This document shows positions 52,974-64,000 of a stretch of DNA of 64,000 nucleotides, piece after piece. A program made the position numbers and the translations under genes. Position 1 is the stretch's first letter, and each line of letters starts with the position of its first letter. The notes under the pieces are model-generated. The model was not told the origin of the DNA and made no database searches. It worked only from the letters and a program-made list of their open reading frames with translations. Origin of the DNA: Octopus sinensis (lineage: Eukaryota); the NCBI RefSeq assembly GCF_006345805.1, contig NC_043011.1:51534464-51598463 (forward strand), written 5' to 3'.

Positions 52974-55160
52974 GATTAGACCATTTGAAATTTGTAACCA
53001 ATGATACTATTGTATATGATGTTATCGTTGTTTTCTGTCTGGTTTCCAATGAAGCACTAGTTGACTCTTTTTGTGTGTATGTCAAGTGAACATTCTCACA
53101 CTTTGAAACTATTGATCTTCAGATGAGAAAGGACAGCACCCATAGCTTTTTCATTTATGTTCCTATCACTTAGTCAGCGCAATACCCTTAACACCTTATT
53201 TTTAAGGGCTTCTGTGGCCGGTGGGAGGGAGTGAGGAAATTATTTTCAAATATAGTTACAGGTGTGGCTGTGTGCTAAGAGGTTTGCTTTTCAACCACAT
53301 AGTTCCAGGTTCAATTCCACTGCGTCACCTTGGGCAAGTGTCTTCTACTATAGCTTTGGGCTGTCTAAAGCTTTGAGAGTGGATTTGTTAAATGGAAACT
53401 GAAAGGAGCCCATCATACACACACATGCATATATGTTTATATGGATGGGTAGGTGTTTTTGTATTTGTCCTCTACCACTGCTTGACAACTGGTGTAACTT
53501 GGTGGTTCAGCAAGAGGGACTGATAGAATAAGTACTGCTTAAAAAACAAGTACTAGGGGTTTGTTTGTTTGACTAAAACCCTTCAGGGTGGTGCCCGAGT
53601 ATGACAGCAGTCCAGTGAGTGAAACAAGTGAAAGAAAAGACAAAATCAATCAAAGAAGTGGTCCAAGTGCTTATAACAGACAGAATATCATTAAAAGCAC
53701 TGAAGGACCAGATGATAGTATTAATCTAGATGACACATTAGGTCTGCCATCAAGAACTCAGAATGCAAAGATCCAAAACTAATACTGCGAATTATCGTGT
53801 CTGATGCTCTAACAATTTTGCTAGGCCATCCTCTCCATCTCCTTCTTGCAGCTGCTGCAATAACAACAACAATAACTGCTGCTGCCAACATTGCTGCCAC
53901 TACCACCACCACTACCACATTCATTTTATCCATTTTCCCAAATTGCAATGAATTAGCTCTACATTATGGAATAGCCACCTTCAAAGTAAGGTATCAACAT
54001 CTATACAGAAGTATCATGGCAAGTTTCCAGTAAGATGAATTAAGATTTAGTTTCAGCCCCTCCCGAAAGTCAATAAATGTGTCAGCTATAATATTAGTCC
54101 TTGTGAGGGTCAATTAAATAAAGTACCAGTCAAGTACTGTGAATGATTTAAGTTACTACACTCTTCTCTCAAAATTCATGGTTTTAAAACCATTTTAAAA
54201 ATCATTTTACTTCTGCTGAGAAAGCATCAACACCACAAACCTTCCAATTCCCTCTCCTATAGGTCTTGTGGCTTTGTACTGAAGTAAGAAATTAATATTA
54301 TAATGGGAATTGCATGTACCATAGAGTAGGAAATAAGCTCTTAGTAAGTTAATTCAGTGTTCCATTTTCAATTCTTGGTTGATCTAAGTATACAAAATTT
54401 TATTATGCCAAAACCAAAGTCATGAATGTCACAACTAACTTTCCTCATCTTCTGCATGTAAGGATTCAAGACAATATGAATGCTCGGCCAGCAAGAAATA
54501 GTAAGGAAAACATCCTCAATTTACATCTTGTCTAAAAATAAAGTGTATTTAGTTGTAGATATGCAATCTAAATAAAAGACAAGCTGGTCATTACTGGAAT
54601 GTTTTTGATTATAGGAGTGGAGCAAGCTTGGGACTAACAACATAAAATTAAGAAACAATTATTATTATAATAAAGAATAAAGAAGATGATGGAAGAGTAT
54701 TAGCAGAAATGATGAAGTACTTGACTGAATATGTAATGTAATAATGAGCTATCAGACTAAATACATAATTTAATAATGAGCTTATACAGTGCTCAGGTGC
54801 ACTATAATTGAATGATTTATAGAAGTCAGTCATTTAAAAACAATGGGTTCAGTCCCACTGTATGGCACTTTATAGCACCAGGTCAACCAAACTCTGGTGA
54901 GGAGATTTGGTAGACAAAAAAAAAAGAAAGAAATCCATTGTATAAGTATGTGTGCGTGTTTATGTATGTATGTATAAATATATGTATGTATATGTATATC
55001 ATCATTATCATCTTTTAACTTCTGTTTCTCATGATGACATAGGTTGGACTCAATTTGACCAGAGCTGGCAAGCAGAAGAGGTGCACTAGGTTCCAGTCTG
55101 ATTTGACTTAGTTTCTACAACTGGAAGCCCTTCCCAATGCCAACCATTTTACAGTGTATG

Positions 55161-55452
<292 letters not shown>

Positions 55453-56813
55453 GGATGGATGGATGTATATGAGCATAAGTGTATGAGTGTTTGTAACTCC
55501 TTTTCTTGATATTGCACGATTGTTGTAAATGAATGTCATTTGTTTCCAATATTCTGCAAAAGTATGTCTGACCATGGGGAAATATGTTGTTTGGAAACCA
55601 GTTGGAATTGGAGACAGGAAGGGCTTCCAGCCATAGAGAATCAGTCTTAATAAACTCCATCCAACCCATGCAAGCATGGAAAAGTGGACTATGTTAATGA
55701 CGATGAGGGTGATGAATATTCTAGCTTTAAATTAAATCTTTTGTGGCCAACTTTGCTGTTATCACTCATTATCAATATGATATACTAGGGGCCTCAACCT
55801 TAAAAAAAATTCTACTTTCTCATAAATTTGTGTCAATGTACCATTCTGAATAATGGTAAATAAATATTCTTTCTAATTTTTAGCACAAGGCTAGTAATTC
55901 TGAGGGGAGGGGATAAGTCGATTACATCAACTCCAGTGCACATCTTGTACTTATTTTATTAATACCAAAAGGATGAAAAGCAAAGACAACCTCATCAGCA
56001 TTTGAACTCGAAAATGTAAAGAGCCAGAAATAAATAATAAAAAAAGGTGGTTGAGTATTGGATTTAATGGTGTCCTTTAATTAAAGTAATTATGTTCTTT
56101 AATGTTCTAAGTTAAATTCTTGCTAAGATTAATTAACTTTATCTTTCATCTTTCCATGGTTGATAAAATAAATACCTTGTATGTGGTGTGGATATACAGG
56201 GAAGTGGGTCATTCTAATCAACTATATCATTTCCCTTCATATTTATATGGAAAATTCTTATTATGATAAAGAATAAGAAGTATAGTCAGCATGTCTCAGT
56301 GGTTGAGATGCCGTTATTGTTGTTGTTGTTTAGCCTCAGGCCAACTTTGATTGAGCAGACAGAATTATGGTCAAAGGCATTCCAGTCAAGCCTAACCCGT
56401 CATTTGCAGGATTCCATTATTCAAAGTGTTCATTGTTCTCCCAAAACAGTCAAGATGTGATTTGAGGGAGATTTGTCAACTATTTCTAACAGGTCAAGTG
56501 AGATGAGATATAAGAGCAATAGGAGTGATGAGGAGGTTCACTTCTATTCCTCTGAAAACTGATAGCAAAAACAACAACAACAACAAACTACAACCTATCC
56601 TTAACAGGATTGCTTGTGTAAGACCAGTGCATATTTAATGCAACGAGAAACAGAGTCTGTTTGATTGCTTTCCTCGCACTTTCTCCCTTCTAGCCTTACT
56701 GCAACCCCATTGCTTGTTTGTGTGGTCAGTTCTAATCAGATTAAGTGCACTTCAGACCACACAAATATTATTGAATGACATCAGTGTTTGTATAATTGAT
56801 TTTTTTGATATTT

Positions 56814-56846
<33 letters not shown>

Positions 56847-56860
56847 GAAATCACACATAC

Positions 56861-56937
56861 ATATTGTCGAACCAAAGTGGTTGCTGGAGGGAGGGTTTAG
56901 CAATACGGTAATCTGTGGTGTTGGTGGTGGTGCGGAC
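56861..56937 (-). CDS. Candidate exon VRTTTNTTDYRIAKPSLQQPLWFDNx, phase 0 to 2
   Basis: Acceptor cactgcctacag, donor AT|gtatgt, CpG-containing unique sequence, phase-compatible with 48575. A second frame is also open. Confidence 0.28.
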
Positions 56938-57142
56938 CTGTAGGCAGTGTGTAGGTGTGTTGAGGAGGTGGCTGGGGGTGGACATAACATAACACGTTTG
57001 TATTAGCATTGGTTATGAAGTTATTTTACTTCTACCTCACACACACACAGATTTTGGGAGAACATACTCCCACCACCTTAATCACACACACACTAATACA
57101 CATACATCAGCACATACCCATACACACATATTGATTTCTTAC

Positions 57143-57188
57143 CTTGATATACGCTATTATATTTACCTTCCACTCGACAACACTTTGC
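57143..57188 (-). CDS. Candidate exon xQSVVEWKVNIIAYIK ending in phase 0
   Basis: Very strong donor AAG|gtaaga. The acceptor is weak and uncertain. Confidence 0.18.
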
Positions 57189-57671
57189 CTCAATTTAATA
57201 AAAGTGTTGTTGTTGTCTAACACAGGTCATTCATAAATGAGCAAAGACTTTCCAACCCCGACCATTTATCTTTTTTTTTTTTTTTTATTCAGCTGTAATG
57301 TACCTAGGACTATATTATTCAGTATATAATAGCCCCTCTTCAAATGGTAGGATGTGATTTAAGGGAAATCAGGCTATTATTTGCAGCAGGTCAAGCACTC
57401 ACTCAGAGATTTCCTCATTGGCTACAATAAAAGTATTTGCTTTCTATAACTTAAATATACACCTACCTGATAAGTAAAATCAAAATTGTAAATAGCATTC
57501 TATCTCCTGCATTATTACTAAGGATAAGATGTATATCACATCTACAGTTACTCTTACAGCTTCAGTTTACCCAAAGTTACTTCTTTTATGCAGCACTCTA
57601 TCAAATACTCCTCGGAAATCAGAAAGCTTTTATGTAGTCACTGGATCTATACAATATAACCTAACAATATA

Positions 57672-58045
57672 AGGTGGCGAGCTGGCAGAAACATTAGCAC
57701 ACCAGGCGAAATGCTTAGCGATATTTTGTCTGCCGCTACGTTCTGAGTTCAAACTCTGCCGAGGTCGACTTTGCCTTTCATCCTTTCGAGGTCGATTAAA
57801 TAAGTACCAGTTATGCACTGGGGTCGATATAATTGACTTAATCCGTTTGTCTGTCCTTGTTTGTCCTCTCTGTGTTTAGCCCTTTGTGGGTAGTAAAGAA
57901 ATAGGTATTTCGTCTGCCATTACATTTTGAGATCAAATTCTGCCGAGGTCAACTTTGTGTTTCATGCTTTCGGGGTCGATTAAATAAGTACCAGTTACAC
58001 ACTGGGGTTGATGTATTCATCTTAATCCCTTTGTTTGTCCTTGTT
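57672..58045 (+). mobile_element. tRNA-derived SINE (MetaSINE-like) as a head-to-tail partial dimer; inverted copies at ~12410-12800 and ~60650-60875; others at ~6720-7045, ~34625-34835, ~4470-4670 (-) and ~43960-44170 (-)
   Basis: B-box-like GAGTTCAAA and a conserved GTCGACTTTGCCTTTCATCCTTTCGGGGTCGATTAAATAAGTACCAG core resembling the Meta domain (family assignment inferred). Confidence 0.8.
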
Positions 58046-58427
58046 TGATTACACCAACATCTGTAGAGTAACTGCTACTGCTAACATAATGCTGAGGAAT
58101 TTGAATAGGTAAACAGAGCCTGTGTAACCAGACATTTCTCAGACTATTGTTCATCTGAGAATTGGCCTTTGCACCTGACATACAAAGGTTTTGTGAAACT
58201 TCCTATTTTCCTTCTTTGACACTACAATGCTTCAAGTGAACTACAACACTCTTTTATATGTGTGTGTGTGTGTTGTGTGTGTGTGTGTATAGCTTGCTTC
58301 CCAACCACATGGTTATGGGTTCAGTCCCACTACTTGGCACCTTGGGCAAATGTCTTTTACTATAGCCTCAGGTTGACCAAAGCCTTCTGGATGGATTTGA
58401 TAGATGGAAACTGAGAGAAACCCTTCG

Positions 58428-58458
<31 letters not shown>

Positions 58459-59270
58459 ATATATATATATATATATGTATGTATGCATGTATATATATGT
58501 ATGTGTATGTGTTTGTCTCCGTCATCACCACTTGACAATCAGTGTTGGTGTCTTTATGTCCCCCATAACTTAGTTACACGGCAAAAGAGACCAATAGAAT
58601 AAGTACTAGGCTTAAAAAATAAGTCCTGAGGTTGATCTGTTTGACTAAAGTCCTTCAAGATAGTGTTCCAGCATGGCCACAGCAAAATAACTAAAACAGG
58701 TAAAAAAGTAAAAGAATGTGTGTGCATGTATAAACACACACAACACACACACACACACACACATCACCATATTGAGAGACAGAGGTTGCAAGACATACAT
58801 CAGTGTGTAAAGATGTGCAACACCAATATCAGCTATGACGATGATAAAGAGACAGAAGATGAAAGAAGGGAAGGTCCATATCCCCATCGCCACTACCATC
58901 AAGGTGTTGATGATGAAGGTAATGGTGGTGGTGGTGGTGATGGGAACAGTGGCATCGGCAGTGGTGGTGGTGGTGGTGGTGGCTATGCTAAACTAATCCC
59001 AATCATCTTTCCAGAAGATTCATAGAGTGATTTATTTTGTGGGCACCATTAAGTTGTCTCCTGGGTTATTAATGTCTCATGCTTTCTTGTGCCTGTGTGT
59101 GCATGTGTGTGTGCATGTGTGTGTGTGTGCATGTGTGTGTGTGTGCATGTGTGTGTGTGTGCATGTGTGTGTGTGTGCATGTGTGCGTGTGGTCGCAATG
59201 AAATATTGACTTCTAAATGTGTGTGTATTTGAGTACATGCATATGTGCAAGTATGTGTGTAACTTCATAT

Positions 59271-59322
<52 letters not shown>

Positions 59323-59351
59323 CATACAAACAGATATATATACATATACAC

Positions 59352-59384
<33 letters not shown>

Positions 59385-62169
59385 CATTATATATATATAT
59401 ATAAATACATATTATATACATATATATATACATATATATATACATATAATATATATACATATATATATACATATATAATATATAATATACATATATTATA
59501 TACATATATACATACATATATATATATATATATATTATAATATATATATATATATATACACGTGTGCATAGATACACACACGTACACTCACACATATGCT
59601 CGTGCAAGTACACACACACACACACACAGAAACACACAAGAAACAGCAACTAGCCAACAACCCCTACACAATGCATGAAGATCTCATTAAAAAGCAAACA
59701 GGTTCTGGAAAGTTCCTATTTGAGTTCCAATGGGAAGGGATAGGGTGCTTTATTGAAGGGATTGAAGCTTATGGCATGATTAGTGAAGCCAACATTTCTG
59801 ACACACAACAAAGCTACTGGATGGGAGGCTATTTTATAAATGCTGCCTCACTAATACAATAAAAAGTACATACACACACACACGCACTACAATATATAAA
59901 AATTATATATATATGTATATATAGGCGCAGGAGTGGTTGTGTGGTAAGTAGCTTGCTAACCAACCACATGGTTCCGGGTTCAGTCCTACTGCGTGGCATC
60001 TTGGGCAAGTGTCTTCTGCTATAGCCTCGGGCTGACCAAAGCCTTGTGAGTGGATTTGGTAGACGGAAACTGAAAGAAGCCTGTCGTATATATGTATATA
60101 TATGTATGTATATGTGTGTGTGTGTGTTTGTGTGTCTGTGTTTGTCCCCCTAGCATTGCTTGACAACCAATGCTGGTGTGTTTATGTCCCCATTACTTAG
60201 TGGTTCGGCAAAAGAGACCGATAGAATAAGTACTGGGCTTACAATGAATAAGTCCCGGGGTCGATTTGCTCGACTAAAAGGCGGTGCTCCAGCATGGCCA
60301 CAGTCAAATGACCGAAACAAGTAAAAGAGAATATATATATAAATACACACATAATACATACGATATATCCCCTCTCTAGCATATAAGGTCTCTTGTAAAG
60401 GGTCGCCTCTCTGTATATGAATACTATACACTTTTATATATATATATTCTTTTACTTGTTTCAGTCATTTGACTGCGGCCATGCTGGAGCACCGCCTTTA
60501 GTCGAGCAAATTGATCCCAGAATTTATTCTTTGTAAGCCTAGTACTTATTTTATCGGTCTCGTTTGCTGAACCACTACATAGATACATATATATATATAT
60601 ATATATATACATACATACATATATATGAAGGGCTTCTTTTAGTTTCTTATTTCTTTATTACCCACAAGCGGCTAAACACAGAGAGGACAAACAAGGACAG
60701 ACAAACGGATTAAGTCGATTATATCGACCCCAGTGCGTAACTGGTACTTATTTAATTGACCCAGAAAGGATGACAGGCAAAGTCGACCTCGGCGGAATTT
60801 GAACTCATGACGTAAAGACGGACAAAATGCCGTTAAGCATTTCGCCCAGCGTGCTAACGATTCTGCCAGCTCGTGGTAGATGAATAAAAGTTATAAGTTT
60901 GAAATTATATTGTTTTATTTTATCTTGAAAAATTATACGCATTTAAATTGAATTTGATAATATACAAATAACTTTACAGTAGACGCTATAGTTATTAAAA
61001 ACATTTCTATTGTCGTATTAAGTATTCCTGGTTCTTCTGTTTTTTCAAAAGTATGAATGCATAAAATTATAAACATATTAATTTACACTGATTTATTTTC
61101 CTCTGAAAAACGAAGTAAATTTTTATCTTTTATTTATTTATTCATTTAGTTCATTTATTTTATGTAATAATTAGTAGATATAAGAAATATATTGGTACAT
61201 AAAGAATTATAACTTTAAGGTATATTATATTAATTCTTAAATATAATTATATATATCTAAAATAAATTTTAAATAATTATGCATATACTAATATTTATTG
61301 TAGACCCTATCATACTTAGTAAATTTCTATTGTGAAATTATGTATCTCCCGTCCTTCCGTTCTTTTGAAAGTATGAATGCATAAAAAGTACAAACATATT
61401 GATTTACAGTAAGTTATTTTCCTCTAAAAAACCAAGTAACTTTTTGATAATTTATTTATATATTTATTTATTATTTATTTATTTATTTATTTTATGTACA
61501 AATTAGTATAGATAATAAATAATCAAAATTTTTATGAAATTGTTTAATATCAGCATATTTAGAATAAACAAACTTTTGAATAAATAGTTAATTAAGATTT
61601 ATTTTTTTTACATGACTTTAATAATTATAATAATATAATTATTATGATAATATGTATTTGTGGTTTTATTTTTTTCTGAAAGTTATTTTCTTAATAAAAC
61701 TACATAATTTTTAATTTTGATTGCATATTTAGTATGAGTGATTATAAATAATGAATACAGCGTAATTTATAATATTATTTAGTATTGACCTAGTGAGGAT
61801 AAAGTATTTTAAATAAATTTTTTTGCTATTTAGCCATTTTTGTTTTTATAGTACTAGTGAGAATAAGAAATTTTTCTGAATAAATTGTCTGAATAACATG
61901 TATTTTTCCTAACAGTATAGAAGAATAAAAAGAGATATTTCCTATTTTGCCATAAATTTTTAACATATTATTTCTGTTTTTAAAAAAACAATGTGCAGAA
62001 ATATATTCAGATTAATATTCTTAAAAGTACACAAACATTAGTTTTTATTTATTTATTTTTTATTATATTTTATTATATTTAAAAAAATTTATTGATGCTC
62101 ACACAAAACATAAACATATTTAATTCAATCTGTTCTAGGATCTAAAACTCCTCATGTGTAATTTTTGTC

Positions 62170-62264
62170 AAATATTTCCCTGATGAGATTCTTACCCATA
62201 AACATGAATTTTAATAAATTTATTATTGGGTCTGAATTGAAACAATTGTAAGATTATAATATTT
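62170..62264 (+). ncRNA. Type I hammerhead ribozyme motif (second copy; C.A mismatch next to the cleavage site)
   Basis: CUGAUGA at 62180-86; stem II GAUUC..ACCCA/UGGGU..GAAUU; GAAA at 62239-42; palindromic stem III ACAAUUGU; GUA at 62248-50; distal stem I AAAUAUU/AAUAUUU. Confidence 0.6.
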
Positions 62265-62461
62265 ATATTATTCTATATCATAATAATAATGTAATACTAA
62301 GTTAATAAATTATAATGTCAACTGTAAATCTACATTTTCTTTTGATTTTATATATATATATATAACGGGAAGCTTTACGAAAATAAACAAAAGATGAAGG
62401 CAGATGGAGTACAAACAAACAATTGTATTAGTATGGCGCTCAGGAATAGAAATAAAACAAG

Positions 62462-62499
62462 TCTTTTACGTTTCGAGCCTACGCTCTTCAACAGAAAGA
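62462..62499 (-). ncRNA. Minimal hammerhead-like variant (CUGUUGA core)
   Basis: Minus strand reads UCUUU-CUGUUGA-A-GAGC guag GCUC-GAAA-C-GUA-AAAGA, with a palindromic ACGU in place of stem III. Confidence 0.45.
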
Positions 62500-63478
62500 T
62501 ACACAGAAAAGAAACACGGAGAGAAACAAGGAGAGAAAAAAATGTGTGCAGGAGCTACACTCATATTTATATACATATTCATATTTATGTATATCACCTT
62601 CCTCTATTTGTGTCCACTCACTACATCCCCTCCACCTCCTACTCTCCTTCCACAATCTTACAAACTTACCCACCCACTCACTCAAACTATCTAATCCTTG
62701 GTTCCTCGTCACTTATATAAACCTCCCTACAACTTCAGTGCACGACTTTCCTCCTCATCACATTTTCTCCATCTTCTCTCTCGACACCTGTTTCTGTGCC
62801 TTTGTTCACACTGTAGCCTCTCATCACCTGACACAATGACACCTCCTTTGATACTACTCCCCCCAGGTGGCTTGTCTTGTAAGTTACCTAATGACATCGA
62901 TGGTGCAGGTGCCTCAAAAAAAGCACCCAGTACACTCTGTAAAGTGGTCAGCATTAGAAAAGGCATCCAGCCATACAAACCATGCCAAAGCAAACAACTG
63001 AATTTGATGCAGTCTTCTGACTTGCCAGCAACTGTCAAACCACCCAACCCATGCCAGCATAGAAAACAAATATTAGTTGATGATGATGATGATAATGGGA
63101 ATATATATATATATATAATATAATATATATATATATATATATAAATATAATATATATATATAAATATATATAATATATAAATATATATGAATACATTTAA
63201 ATAAATACAATTACACAATATCTATATTTATATAAGCGCACACACAAACAGATATGTGTGCACGCAAACACACACACACACACACACATATACGCGTGCA
63301 CATACACACAAACACACACACATTTACACATACACACATACATTATATGGGAGGGAGTGAATGAGAGAGAGTGGGAGACAGGGAGGAGAGAGAGAAGCAA
63401 ACAGATAGACAATATACAAATAGACATATATACACAGATACAAACACATACAGACATACATACACAGATACAAGCACT

Positions 63479-63514
<36 letters not shown>

Positions 63515-64000
63515 CATATACACAGATACAAGCACAAATAGACATATATACACAGATACAAGCACATTCTTACATACAAATATATCTGCATATGCATACA
63601 TGCACACACACACACACACACACATACACATAGATAAATACATCGAAAGAGAAAGAGAGGTAGACAGATAAACAGATAGACAAAATGATTATACATGACT
63701 GGAGAAGAAATATATTTTGTGACATGCCTCTTAAGTAAATGAAAAATGGATGCAATAAGATGCCAGTGTCTTAAGGGGCTTCAAGATTTTAGATAACGGA
63801 ATTGATAGATATTATTGTAAGTGGAAATTTACAGGATATCTTATAGAAAGTGTTCCTCTGAGCTGTGCTATTTTTTATCTGGACACAAAAATATAAATAC
63901 ATACACAGAATCTGCTCATATGTACATGTACACATACAAACATGTATATATGTGGTTGTGTTAATACTATATATATATATATATATATATGATGATCAAT

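Overview
This is eukaryotic, AT-rich, repeat-saturated DNA and mostly intronic or intergenic. The SINE families and the extreme (AT)n/(CA)n/(GA)n/(CAT)n load resemble an octopus genome; that assignment is an inference from recalled repeat families, not a search. Nearly all ORF-track ORFs are microsatellite or repeat artefacts. Supported content: at least three tRNA-headed SINE families, RTE-tail repeats, decayed CR1/L2-, RTE- and Penelope-type retroelement fragments, hAT and piggyBac MITEs with TSDs, a Tc1 5' end, a Helitron, a Helentron-like element and several minisatellites. A phase-consistent chain of small minus-strand exons (about 57.2 kb to 9.9 kb, including one ~35 kb intron) suggests the 3' part of an unrecognised gene. 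A weaker plus-strand exon cluster at 2.6-7.4 kb may be a convergent neighbour. The most notable hidden signal is two full-consensus type I hammerhead ribozyme motifs (27987-28082 and 62170-62264). Their flanks differ, but they share the stem II base and a covarying palindromic stem III. Two minus-strand minimal hammerhead variants with a CUGUNGA core are also present.
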